A stretch of DNA of 64,000 nt from Candidatus Poribacteria bacterium (GCA_028824685.1 JAPPCZ010000055.1:4673-68672), one strand, 5' to 3'; shown: positions 18,505-28,069, counted from the first letter of the stretch. Made by a program: numbers and translations. The notes: a model not told the origin generated them from the letters alone.

Positions 18505-19272
18505 TTAGGTGCGGGCTTGCAAGCGCGCGAGTTGTTCTCGGAGTTTTGCGGCTTCCGCTTCTGCCTGTTCAGCGCGTGCTTCGGCAGTTTCTGCGCGTGT
18601 GATTTCCTGTTCAGCGCGTGCTTCGGCAGTTTCTGCGCGTATGGCTTCTTGTTCAGCAAGCGATAGCGCTGACTCCGCAGGTGTCTGAAGCCAATCATTT
18701 GCAGCTGGGTCATAAATACCTAAACCCACATTATCAACATGGAAGTCTAAACCCAGAGCAGAAGAACGTAAACCGCCAGTCTGACCTGCTGAAATCGGAA
18801 CATACACATTATCAACCAACTCAAAACCCATCAGGGCAGAGGGTAAATACAATCCCTCCGCATCATATAAAAAGTAGTCTTGTATACCCAATAAACCGTA
18901 AAGTTCCAACTTTTTACCTAAGTCGTTTCGGTATGTGTTTTCGCTTGAAAACTCCATCGCGAAATCAGGCACTTTCCCTTCTTCCCAGACCTTATACGTC
19001 CGCCGGAGTTTCTTACCTAAACCGAAAGTGACCAGAACATCTGGCGCAACTGATTTACGCGGGTCTCCCTCCACATAATACATCAGTATATCACCAGACA
19101 CATAGACTTCCGGTCTTTCTTCAAAATGCGTATCAAGAACTTGTAATGTTCGGATAAGGATTCGTCTGTGAAGGTCGCTGACTGCCATCGGCTTTCCGTC
19201 CGTTTCTGGATAAATGTCTGACTCATCTGTAGGTACGGCAGGGATATCAAGTCCTTTTAGATAAGTAGTCAT
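18505..19272 (-). CDS. Uma2-family (DUF820) protein with C-terminal Ala/Glu-rich tandem-repeat tail
   Basis: Uma2 core (YPETDGKPMAVSDLHRRI...VYVSGDILMYY..PDVLVTFG). C-terminal AETAEARAEQE(I/A)TRAETAEARAEQ encoded by a 42-bp tandem DNA repeat at about 18564-18650. Confidence 0.65.
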   Translation of the reverse strand: MTTYLKGLDIPAVPTDESDIYPETDGKPMAVSDLHRRILIRTLQVLDTHFEERPEVYVSGDILMYYVEGDPRKSVAPDVLVTFGLGKKLRRTYKVWEEGKVPDFAMEFSSENTYRNDLGKKLELYGLLGIQDYFLYDAEGLYLPSALMGFELVDNVYVPISAGQTGGLRSSALGLDFHVDNVGLGIYDPAANDWLQTPAESALSLAEQEAIRAETAEARAEQEITRAETAEARAEQAEAEAAKLREQLARLQART

Positions 19273-19665
19273 CGGTATTTCTCCTTTGCCACAAGATGTG
19301 TGAAAATAGAGTCGGAGGTTGATACACAGTTTACATTATGTGTTAATTGTAACTGAAAATTGAGAAGGTGTCAAGCACATTTAGAAGCATAGTGTGTGTA
19401 AAGTTTTCGTACAAAGAAAGCATCTTGTCGGTTGAGTTTCGCTTCGCCCTCTACGATCTACATATTGAATTAGGACGTTTCACATCACATTTAGGACGTT
19501 TTGCACGTCCTAGTGACGTGCAGAAGTCAATCAGGACAAGGATTGTGACGTGGATTTTGAGATTTTTTGTTTTTTCTTCTCTTTTTCTTTAGAAATTTTG
19601 CGTATATTGAAAACATTATTTAATTGTGTGATAATAATATTAACATAAACATGTTACAGCGTATC

Positions 19666-20172
19666 TCATAAATATTTTAATGACATACGTATGCAAGCAA
19701 GAAGGACAAAACCTAAATAATTTTCGGCATGATATTCCCACCGCACAACCAAACGCCGGAAGTCTTCACACCAACTGAAAAAACGCTCCACTTTGAAACG
19801 GCGTTTATACCGGCGTAGACGACGACCATCCTGTGTCGCAGACCGCTTCCGATTCTTTTTATGCGGTGCTACCATTTCAACACCCCGACACCGCAACAAC
19901 GCATCTAAAGGATCCGAGTCATAGGCTTTGTCCCCAATCAACACCGCAGGGTTTTCAGATGTCCAACACGCATCCAATACAGGTTCAACCAAGCGCACTT
20001 CATGACAAGAAGCATCTGTAATCAGAACACTCACAGGTCTACCAGACTTCTCTGTAATCGCTACCAGTTTCGTCCCTTTGCCACACTTCGTCTTGCCTAC
20101 ACACTCACCACCTTTCTTCGCAGGAACGAACTTCGCATCAATACAGCACTCACTCATATTTATTTTTTTTTC
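19666..20172 (-). CDS. IS5-family transposase OrfB (DDE catalytic part, -1 frame relative to OrfA)
   Basis: DDE_Tnp_1-like: VAITEKSGRPVSVLITDASCHEV...VLIGDKAYDSDPLDALLRCRGVEMVAPHKKNRKR...RRYKRRFKVERFFSWCEDFRRLVVRWE. The 5' limit is set at the frameshift tract; the six-frame track extends it to 20328. Confidence 0.7.
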   Translation of the reverse strand, partial: EKKINMSECCIDAKFVPAKKGGECVGKTKCGKGTKLVAITEKSGRPVSVLITDASCHEVRLVEPVLDACWTSENPAVLIGDKAYDSDPLDALLRCRGVEMVAPHKKNRKRSATQDGRRLRRYKRRFKVERFFSWCEDFRRLVVRWEYHAENYLGFVLLACIRMSLKYL

Positions 20173-20431
20173 GTTTTTCAAGCATTTCTGTGAGTGCCAT
20201 TTGAACTTTTTCAAGCGTTCCATCCAATGACCATTGCTGAAAACGACGATGACAAGTTTGATAGGGGGGATACTTTTCTGGTAAATCCCGCCAAGGTGCC
20301 CCTGTTCGCAACACCCAGAGTATCGCATCTAACACTTCTCTATTACCACGCCAAGGTCTCCCGGGTTTACCCGATGGCGGTTCGTCCAATAGTGGTTCAA
20401 TAATCTCCCATTCCTTATCACTTAATTCCAT
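20150..20431 (-). CDS. IS5-family transposase OrfA (N-terminal DNA-binding part; joins OrfB by programmed -1 frameshift)
   Basis: MELSDKEWEIIEPLL...GRPWRGNREVLDAILWVLRTGAPWRDLPEKYPPYQTCHRRF is typical of IS5/IS427-group OrfA. Ends in an A-rich slippery tract. Confidence 0.75.
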   Translation of the reverse strand: MELSDKEWEIIEPLLDEPPSGKPGRPWRGNREVLDAILWVLRTGAPWRDLPEKYPPYQTCHRRFQQWSLDGTLEKVQMALTEMLEKRKKNKYE

Positions 20432-20618
20432 TCAAATCATCTCCTAACTCTTAGTAGAAATAGATAGAGTCTAACAGAAATGATCGATAATTAAAAGAAA
20501 TTTGACACCAGTTAATATTTATGAGATACGCTGTACTTATTGCGAATCATTTTATACTTAAAATCAGCGTAATCTGTGAAATCCGTATAATCCGTGATTC
20601 AGACAAAATACCACCCGA

Positions 20619-22493
20619 CTATAGAAAAGGATTGTCAACATCATAAAAGTACGCAGGTTCTTCCACGGAAACTTTACTGTCCATAGTCAATCGGATAGGT
20701 GAAGAAAATTGATCAAGGATCTCCTTACGGGAAAGCCATTCACACGCCATACAAATCCATAGCTGACGATGACCGAAGTGATCGTAAATGTCTGACAGTG
20801 ATTGTTCCCCTCCTGCATCCTCTAAGAAATCGAGTAGCGGTTTAAAAAACGTCTGTGCGTTATCTTCTAAGTATGTGTCAATCAGTTGCAACACCTCGCC
20901 AAGGTTTTCCTCATTTTTCGGTACATTGATAATATTGGTAAAGATAGCGTTAAAAAACTCTGGATTGTGCTTGAGTGCTTGATAAATCACTTTACGTTTA
21001 GGGGTTTCACCATGCCTGATGGTTTCAAGACGGGCTAATTCTTTCACTGCGGACATTAAATAATGGAACGTGTAATTGTAATCTTTCTTGACATAGAACC
21101 ATTTTTCTGCTTTGTCAAGTACTGTAGTTACACCGCTGGCTGCGTTAAATAGTTGAGATTCTTTATCACGTTTACCGATAACATCAAGGTCTTTATGCAA
21201 ATCAGTAAGAGACGGGTCTTTAGTAAAAAGTATCTCACTTTGGGACATGATAGAAAAGATTCCACTCCCCTGTAAGTTCCTTTCCAACAACTTTTTATAG
21301 GCACTTCGATTTTGGAGTCTTACGCGGATCGGTATCCCGTCCTCTATTACTTGATATTCTCTTTGCTGAAATTTCGTGCCGTCTCTCATAATGAGCGAAA
21401 TATTTATATTCGTCTTTTCCCAAACGTTGTCTTCTGCTAAATTACTGGTAAGAATAGCCGCAACGATGTAACGATCCTCCGCAATAGTATCTGTAAACCT
21501 TTCTACTGCATTTTCAATATCGGAATGAATATCAGATTTGAGACGTGATGGATGTAATTCGGGTTCGGAATCATCAAAATAATAAGCGGGTTCCTCTACT
21601 GCAATTTGGCTTTTGACAGTAAGCTTCATCGGGGCAGAAACCTGCTTGATAATTCCTTTCCATGTCAACCATTGGCATATTATATCAACGGATGCATCGC
21701 GGAATTTTGAATGGAAATGAGCATTCATCTCAGAATTTGTCCGCGGTCCTTTCTGCTCTGCAAGGTAGTCCAGAATCGGTTGAAAGATAAACTGACGCTC
21801 GTCAATGTAGGCATTGATTGCATCCAGTACTTCTTGAAGAACTCGCTCGTTTTTTTCACAATTAATTAGGTCAGTATAAACATGATTGAAGAAATCGGGG
21901 TTGTATTCAAGGGCAGGTTGGATAACTTCTCGCGCGGGGATTTGGTTGTTTAATAGCACCTCTATCCGTGCTAATCCTTGCACAACACCAAGAAGTGACA
22001 AGAAAGAAGTTATCATATCTTCATTAACGTAAAGCTGTTTTTCGGCATAGATAAGCGATGGCAAGGTTTCAGCGATGACGTTTAGTACTTGGAGTTGTTT
22101 ATCTCGTTCCCCGATACTATCACGGCTTGCATTTTTATCGTACCATTCATTGATTGAGTCATCGCGTGAGAATAGAAGCGTGCTGTAAGAAAAGTAGGAG
22201 TGCATGAATGAACCCTGCTGTGCACTCTCAATAGATCGTTTAAAAGAACTACGCGGAGACAAACCTGCGTGTATGTTCACACCATTTTCCACAAGTGAGA
22301 AAAACGATTGGGTTGGACGAATGCCATCTTGCCCGATGATTTCAACGTCCAAATCCGATCTTTCCCACACCTGCGCATGGGAGAAACTTCCTGCAACTAT
22401 CGCTGCGAGGATATACGGATCTTCTTGTACCTTTTCAACAAGCGAATCAACAGCTTCATAATACTGTTGTTCAACAGCATCTTGGGATTTCAT
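20619..22493 (-). CDS. Hypothetical protein with an internal duplication of a nucleotidyltransferase-like domain
   Basis: Two homologous halves of about 300 aa. The first has a Pol-beta-type NTase motif (AGSFSHAQVWERSDLDVEII). The second is a degenerate equivalent (LTSNLAEDNVWEKTNINISLI). Both are followed by similar helical regions (FFNHVYTDLINCEKNE.VLQEVLD.I / FFNAIFTNIINVPKNEENLGEVLQLI). Confidence 0.35.
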   Translation of the reverse strand: MKSQDAVEQQYYEAVDSLVEKVQEDPYILAAIVAGSFSHAQVWERSDLDVEIIGQDGIRPTQSFFSLVENGVNIHAGLSPRSSFKRSIESAQQGSFMHSYFSYSTLLFSRDDSINEWYDKNASRDSIGERDKQLQVLNVIAETLPSLIYAEKQLYVNEDMITSFLSLLGVVQGLARIEVLLNNQIPAREVIQPALEYNPDFFNHVYTDLINCEKNERVLQEVLDAINAYIDERQFIFQPILDYLAEQKGPRTNSEMNAHFHSKFRDASVDIICQWLTWKGIIKQVSAPMKLTVKSQIAVEEPAYYFDDSEPELHPSRLKSDIHSDIENAVERFTDTIAEDRYIVAAILTSNLAEDNVWEKTNINISLIMRDGTKFQQREYQVIEDGIPIRVRLQNRSAYKKLLERNLQGSGIFSIMSQSEILFTKDPSLTDLHKDLDVIGKRDKESQLFNAASGVTTVLDKAEKWFYVKKDYNYTFHYLMSAVKELARLETIRHGETPKRKVIYQALKHNPEFFNAIFTNIINVPKNEENLGEVLQLIDTYLEDNAQTFFKPLLDFLEDAGGEQSLSDIYDHFGHRQLWICMACEWLSRKEILDQFSSPIRLTMDSKVSVEEPAYFYDVDNPFL

Positions 22494-22678
22494 CAGTCGT
22501 TACTCCTATTCCAATTCAAAATCTTATGTATCAGCGAAGCATAAAAAATACATCATTTGGGAGTGATGGCGTTTGTAGTCGCGCAATTCATTGCGCCTCT
22601 TTAGATCCGACTACGGCACGCGGAGCGTGCCTACTACTTTTAAAGCACATTTGACATTAAATCATTTATATATACACA

Positions 22679-23830
22679 TCAGATAATTGTATGCTTTTGC
22701 CGATATACCTGGCCACCTTTTATAACTACGATGGGTTCAAGTTTTTGTCTACAGATTTTAGCCTTGCCGCGGGCATCAACCAATTGGAATTCACCCTCGC
22801 GCATTTCGAATATAACGGCATCTCCCCACGCACCTGCATCCAACGTTCCAACTTGCCCTGGCATCAAAATCGTGTCTGCTGGAATGCTGGTGACTTTTGC
22901 CAACGCATCGTCAAGCGACATGCCGAGGTAAAGGAATTTGTTTACAACATTGACCAGATCGTAAACCGGACCGTTTATATTATAGACATGTAAATCCGAT
23001 GAAATCGTTGTTGGTTCGACCCCCTGTTCCATCGCTTTTTCAACAACATCCCAACTGAAAGAGCCTGCACCATGTCCAACGTCAAAGATAACACCGCGTT
23101 CAATCGCTGCGTGTACAGAATCTCGGATTTTACCATTTTCATCTAAAATACCGCATGCCATATCGTGGAAGCAGTGTGTAAGGATATCCCGCTTACCCAT
23201 GACTGCCAATATATCGTCTATGGACTGACACCAAGCGTCTTGTGGATGAACCATCATTGGAAGCCCAGCAGCATCTGCAGCCTCACGTGCTTTATGCAGT
23301 GGTTGCATACCAGCACGTTCTCCAACAATAGAATTGCGTGTCAACCTTACCTTGACACCAAGAATTATATCACGATGCTGCTCTATCATTCGGCATGCCT
23401 TGTCTACATCTGCATAGTCTGGATTTTCTAATTCGCCAATTTCCCGTGTTAACATCCCTTGTGACGAGATATTCAACTGTGCAAGGATCCGTGTGTCGCT
23501 TACGTCTATAACATACTTACGGAATCCCGGAAAAGTGTCTGCACCTGCTGAACCAGCATCAACAACTGTCGTCGCGCCGCGCGCTAAGCAGGTCGGATCA
23601 GGTTCAATCCCGAAGTGACTAACACCGTGGAACACATGCACGTGCAAATCAATTAAACCAGGGGTAACATAACACCCATCGGCGTTTATCACGTCTCGTG
23701 CTTCAGAAGTTGGAATGTCGGCACCTACATTTGAAACACAACCATTCGCGAACGCTACATCTTTTTGGGCATGGATTTCTTGTGCAGGATCAATTAAAGT
23801 TCCATTTTTGATAATCAGATCATATTTCAT
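22679..23830 (-). CDS. Amidohydrolase-family metal-dependent hydrolase (deacylase/dihydroorotase-like)
   Basis: MKYDLIIKNGTLIDP...ADGCYVTPGLIDLHVHVFHG: the classic amidohydrolase HxH metal site, with downstream His/Asp ligands (VHPQDAW, FDVGHGAGSF). Confidence 0.7.
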   Translation of the reverse strand: MKYDLIIKNGTLIDPAQEIHAQKDVAFANGCVSNVGADIPTSEARDVINADGCYVTPGLIDLHVHVFHGVSHFGIEPDPTCLARGATTVVDAGSAGADTFPGFRKYVIDVSDTRILAQLNISSQGMLTREIGELENPDYADVDKACRMIEQHRDIILGVKVRLTRNSIVGERAGMQPLHKAREAADAAGLPMMVHPQDAWCQSIDDILAVMGKRDILTHCFHDMACGILDENGKIRDSVHAAIERGVIFDVGHGAGSFSWDVVEKAMEQGVEPTTISSDLHVYNINGPVYDLVNVVNKFLYLGMSLDDALAKVTSIPADTILMPGQVGTLDAGAWGDAVIFEMREGEFQLVDARGKAKICRQKLEPIVVIKGGQVYRQKHTII

Positions 23831-24588
23831 CAGGAATTGTCCTCATTCTCCTCAATTGGTAGTTTTAACTCTGCACGAACTGCTTGACGCACCATTTCAC
23901 AGGTTTGCATGGCATGCAACGCATCTTCAGCAGTTGGCGTTTGACCTACATATCGCGTGTCCACTGCATGTTTTGAGAGCGTCGAAAGATCAACTTTCCA
24001 ACTATGCCAAACTGGAATAGACGGTAGAATCAAGCTTAACAATTCTTCTAAATTGTGTGTCCTTGGAATAGGGATATTATTTTCTTGAAGCCATGCCTTT
24101 AGATATTTTTCAGCACACTGCTGAGCATGGAAACACATACCGTTCCGCATCGCCAGCTGCTCTCGTTGAATTAATTTTGCTATTGCATAATCTTCCTCTG
24201 CTAATTCAATCCACTCCAAAGTCAAAGGATTCATTTCGGTATTCTCATTTTTTTCAGGGTTGATATAGAAATCGTCAGATTCATACAGTACTTCCCCCTT
24301 TTCAGTGACTTCTCGGAGAAACCAATCGTTGTGTGAAATACGGTAAGCAATTTCTTCAGGTGAACGCACGATAAGGTCCATACTGAATCGGCGTGGAATA
24401 CGTTCTCGAATTTCCGATGCTTGGCGGCGCGCTTCAGATTTCTCTACTGGCATCACGACTAAGAGATCAACATCCGAATATTCGGAAGGCACGCCGTAAG
24501 CATACGATCCAAATAGAATTACTTGCAGCGGCGCAAATTCACGTACAATGTCATCACATGTGGCTTGGATGTCTTTGCGGGTTACCAT
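23830..24588 (-). CDS. Nucleotidyltransferase-HEPN fusion protein
   Basis: N-terminal minimal NTase (ILFGSYAYGVPSEYSDVDLLVVM). C-terminal HEPN-like helical domain with an R-x4-HN motif (IPIPRTHNLEELL). Confidence 0.65.
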   Translation of the reverse strand: MVTRKDIQATCDDIVREFAPLQVILFGSYAYGVPSEYSDVDLLVVMPVEKSEARRQASEIRERIPRRFSMDLIVRSPEEIAYRISHNDWFLREVTEKGEVLYESDDFYINPEKNENTEMNPLTLEWIELAEEDYAIAKLIQREQLAMRNGMCFHAQQCAEKYLKAWLQENNIPIPRTHNLEELLSLILPSIPVWHSWKVDLSTLSKHAVDTRYVGQTPTAEDALHAMQTCEMVRQAVRAELKLPIEENEDNS

Positions 24589-24869
24589 CTTTTCACCTTA
24601 CTTGTACAGTTTGCAAGGTCACTTTGCTTGCAATTCATCAACAAATGTGTTATCTCAAGTTGTATTAATTATGCTATATATCTGTTATACTTGCAAGGCA
24701 ATTTCACGAATTATAAATGTTTCAAATTGACTTTACTCTAAAAAAATGTTAGCATATTTTACAATTACACTGATGGTAACACACGGTATTGAAGATTTGC
24801 TTTAAGCCTCTGAAACATTATTTAGGTAAAATCTCTTACTTTCACACAACCCTAAAATGGAGATACGTT

Positions 24870-25904
24870 ATGACACATTTTATCTCAAATTCCCAGAGAA
24901 TATTGTGTTTAAGTCTTTTTCTTTTGTGTAGTATTTTCATAGTAAATCCTGTTCCTGCAGAAGAAATAATCTATGCATCATTAAATCCTCAGAATAGAAA
25001 AATTGAGATACGAATTAGCGATGTCAATGGGAACAATGCTCGCAAATTGTTTAGCCCACCGGTTCTTGTCCAAGAGATTTCAATACTAAAGGGCGACAGA
25101 TACATCCTATGTGTTGGTGAGGGTGTAGGAAATGAAACTGGATTTGATGCATATCTTTTTGACACTGAACAATTGAATTATGGCATGAAAGATTTAACCT
25201 ATGGACGGTTTAGTTTTATTTTAGACGCAGCGATTTCATCTAACGGAGATATTGTATTTGCAAATTCTATCTATTTTGAATATTCTGATGGTATCTATTT
25301 TATACCAAATGACGAGATTCATGAACCAATTCCAAAGGCGGAAAAACTTTTTGATGGACCCGCAGGGTATGTAGACTGGTCTCCAAATGGGAAAGATGTT
25401 GTGTTTTCTAATAAGGAGGGGATTTTTCTTCTTGATACTTTTACAAAAGAGGTGACACAGATACTTGATTACGGGTTACGTCCTGCTTTCTCACCCGATG
25501 GAACAAAGTTAGCATTTTATGTTTATACACCAAAAGAAAATAATCAAAAATGGGTTTGGGAAGTCGGCGTAATCTCTCTTCAGGATCCACAAAATGTGAA
25601 GGTTTTTGAAAAGACAAAGACCGACCTATTTCTAAAATATCTCACGTGGACACCGGATGGAAAGTCAATTGCTTATGCATTAGTTAATGACAAACTGGAT
25701 AAGCAAAGAGGTGTTTGGGAATATTTAAATTTCGCTGTGTCGGTTGAAGATGGAAAAATACGACCTATTTTTGAAGATATTGAAGGAGGCATCCGAGTTT
25801 GGGAATGGACAAAAGAATCATTTCCACTTATACCTGTGGCGAAGTTGACTACGACATGGGGCAAATTAAAACGTGATACAGGCAACGGAGGTCAAAATGA
25901 ATAG
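24870..25904 (+). CDS. Secreted PD40/WD40-like beta-propeller protein with C-terminal KLTTTWGKLK tail
   Basis: Start set at MTHFISN (RBS ggag 7 nt upstream; the track ORF begins at 24789). Signal peptide. TolB/PD40-like repeats (DWSPNGKDVVFSNKEGIFLLD, FSPDGTKLAFYV, WTPDGKSIAYAL). Conserved tail. Confidence 0.55.
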   Translation: MTHFISNSQRILCLSLFLLCSIFIVNPVPAEEIIYASLNPQNRKIEIRISDVNGNNARKLFSPPVLVQEISILKGDRYILCVGEGVGNETGFDAYLFDTEQLNYGMKDLTYGRFSFILDAAISSNGDIVFANSIYFEYSDGIYFIPNDEIHEPIPKAEKLFDGPAGYVDWSPNGKDVVFSNKEGIFLLDTFTKEVTQILDYGLRPAFSPDGTKLAFYVYTPKENNQKWVWEVGVISLQDPQNVKVFEKTKTDLFLKYLTWTPDGKSIAYALVNDKLDKQRGVWEYLNFAVSVEDGKIRPIFEDIEGGIRVWEWTKESFPLIPVAKLTTTWGKLKRDTGNGGQNE

Positions 25905-26925
25905 GATATTTCAAATCTACGGCCGTCTATGTCTTTTCTGCATTGGTTTGTTTTTCGTGCTAACACCTGTTTGCGCTGCTCCGACAGGTGAATTCATTTT
26001 TGTACATCCAGTATCACGGAGTGAAATTTGGATTTCCAACGCGGAAGGCACAACAGCGCGTAAACTATTTCGCCAGGCGTTTTCTGATATTGATAAAATT
26101 GAAGTTCAGGAAAATGGAAATTATGTGCTTGTTGTTGCCGGCAAAGCGATATTTGAAGGTAATAATATTCAAGTATTTTCTGGTTTTGAACTATTTTTGT
26201 TGGATCAACAACACCCTGGTAGAAAGGCAAAGAACCTTACACTTGGGAGAATTACAGATTTCGTAGATGCAGATATTTCGAAAAACGGTGATGTCGCCTT
26301 TATAAGGCGTCCTGGGATAAGACTTATTCGAAACGAAGAACTTGCCAAACCTGAACCCAAAATTGAACTCCTCTTTGATGCTATGATGGAGTGGAATTCG
26401 AATTTATTTGATATAGAATGGTCCCCTGATGGAAAACACATTGCTTTTACTACACATGACGGGTTATATCTTTTAGATGTTGGAACAAAGGACGTCTTTC
26501 GTATAACTGAAAAAGATGCATATAACCCCGTTTTTTCACCCAATGGAAAACAGATTGCTTATAGTACCGTTCTTGCCCGAAATGGCAAGTTGTGGACAAC
26601 GGCTATTGCAGTCATCTCCGTGCAACCCGATGCAAAACCGGAAATTGTGCACACAAAAAAGGATTATGTCTATGACGTTGATTCTTGGTCGCCTGATGGA
26701 AAGTTCATTGCATATAGATCTTATACACACAAGGAACTCGTAAACATTGAAATATTCCGCACACTTGGTAACTTTGTTATTCCAGCGACAGGCGGTGAAC
26801 CTGAACCTATTCTGATTACTATGAAGGACACAGTGCTTTCGCTGGATTGGGATAATAAAACCTACCCCGTTGAACCTGCTGATTCTCTTGTAACAACGTG
26901 GGGGAAATTGAAGGCACAAAAATAG
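25897..26925 (+). CDS. Secreted PD40/WD40-like beta-propeller protein (paralog of the previous gene) with C-terminal LVTTWGKLKAQK tail
   Basis: Start at MNRIF with the RBS ggagg; overlaps the previous stop (ATGAATAG). Signal peptide. Repeats WSPDGKHIAFTTHDGLYLLD, FSPNGKQIAYST, WSPDGKFIAYRS. Conserved tail. Confidence 0.55.
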   Translation: MNRIFQIYGRLCLFCIGLFFVLTPVCAAPTGEFIFVHPVSRSEIWISNAEGTTARKLFRQAFSDIDKIEVQENGNYVLVVAGKAIFEGNNIQVFSGFELFLLDQQHPGRKAKNLTLGRITDFVDADISKNGDVAFIRRPGIRLIRNEELAKPEPKIELLFDAMMEWNSNLFDIEWSPDGKHIAFTTHDGLYLLDVGTKDVFRITEKDAYNPVFSPNGKQIAYSTVLARNGKLWTTAIAVISVQPDAKPEIVHTKKDYVYDVDSWSPDGKFIAYRSYTHKELVNIEIFRTLGNFVIPATGGEPEPILITMKDTVLSLDWDNKTYPVEPADSLVTTWGKLKAQK

Positions 26926-27050
26926 ACTGAACTAACTATCAATCAGTCAAGCCAGACGCATATAAATTTAAAAGGGATGACCTACTGTAGTGAATCTACA
27001 CTTGGTCATCCCTTCGTGCTTAAGATGGCTTTATGGCTAACCATTTGATG

Positions 27051-28001
27051 TTACGCATGCGGTGTATTGTCAGGGTCTGCCAACTGATTAATATATGCTT
27101 CTTGATAGGTCTCCCAATTATCAGTAGGTGGAATATTAAAAAGTCCAGAGGTCCAAACTTCAGGCTTCTTTTGAATCCGCATCAACATATCGCGAGCATT
27201 AAGATAACGGCAATAATCATCAAGATTTTCTATAGTGATATTTTTCTCCAGAAAAGTTTGAAGCCACTCACTGCGTGGATAACGTTCGTCCATTTCAGGA
27301 AGTGATAGCAATTTTCCACTGTACTTCAAAACCTCAACACCGTTCATCACATAAGAGTTGCTTATTGTAGTCGCTGCATGCCGTTCGTTGTACTGCTTAT
27401 CAAAACGTCCTATCAGTGATTGCACTCTATTGGGTGCGGTGGGTTGTTCAACCGATCTATGGGTTTCAATATGAACTCTTTCTGAATGGTTATCAGCAGC
27501 ATCTCTGAGTTCTTCAATCCGTTCACGAATTCTTTCTATTCGTTCATCCGAATTATCCCGGTATTCCTCCGCTTTTTCACGAATTCTCTCAATCTGTTCT
27601 TCCGCCGCTTCAGCGTTTTGTTCAATCTGTTCGTGAATTCTTTCAATCTGCTGTTCGGCGTTTTCTCTGGTTTGTTCAAGCCTCTCCTGAATTCTTTCAA
27701 CATCTTCTTCAATTTTATGAGCGTATTCTTCTGATTCTTCTTGAAGTTTCTGAATCTGTTCTTCAACAGTTCTCCGATGTTCTTCCAAACCATCATGTAA
27801 CCTTCGGATATCTTCTTCTGCCGATTCCGCTTCCTGATGAATCTGATTTTGAATTCTCTCAATCTGTTCTTCAGCAGCGTTTCTATGTTCCTCTAATTGA
27901 TTGTGGATTTTCTCAACGGATTCTTCCGCAGTCCTTTCGTTTTCCTCCAATCGATTTTGAACTTCGTTGATTAGTTCCTCTGCATGTTCAAAGATGTTCA
28001 T
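27051..28001 (-). CDS. Hypothetical coiled-coil protein with about 10 tandem E-x-Q-I-E-R-I-type repeats and a C-terminal globular domain
   Basis: Repeats EEQIERIQNQIHQ, EEQIQKLQEESEE, EQQIERIHEQIEQ, EEQIERIREKAEE, DERIERIRERIEE. No enzymatic motif. Confidence 0.4.
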   Translation of the reverse strand: MNIFEHAEELINEVQNRLEENERTAEESVEKIHNQLEEHRNAAEEQIERIQNQIHQEAESAEEDIRRLHDGLEEHRRTVEEQIQKLQEESEEYAHKIEEDVERIQERLEQTRENAEQQIERIHEQIEQNAEAAEEQIERIREKAEEYRDNSDERIERIRERIEELRDAADNHSERVHIETHRSVEQPTAPNRVQSLIGRFDKQYNERHAATTISNSYVMNGVEVLKYSGKLLSLPEMDERYPRSEWLQTFLEKNITIENLDDYCRYLNARDMLMRIQKKPEVWTSGLFNIPPTDNWETYQEAYINQLADPDNTPHA

Positions 28002-28069
28002 AACTATTCTCCATATTGCAAAATAAATTAAGAAAGGGTGCGATTCGTTTTAAACGATTTGCCGACTCT

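Larger units (their letters stand above)
19657..20533 (-). mobile_element. IS5-family insertion sequence (IS427/IS1031-like group): two-ORF transposase with A-tract frameshift, perfect 22-bp terminal inverted repeats, apparent TA target duplication
   Basis: Terminal IRs tacagcgtatctcataaatatt (19655-19676) and its reverse complement (20514-20535). TA immediately inside/outside both ends. orfA (DUF4096-like: WRDLPEKYPPYQTCHRRFQQW) and orfB (DDE: LIGDKAYDSD...KRRFKVERFFSWCEDFRRL) overlap at an A9 run (20163-20171 on the + strand as T9). Confidence 0.8.

Noticed and set aside
19273-19656. Possible small ncRNA or regulatory element in the intergenic region with TTAGGACGTTT direct repeats and a GCACGTCCTAGTGACGTGC palindrome
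   Set aside because: Structure is suggestive, but there is only a single occurrence and no recognisable promoter or terminator. It could equally be a degraded repeat or an IS insertion-site remnant; mentioned under the IS finding only.
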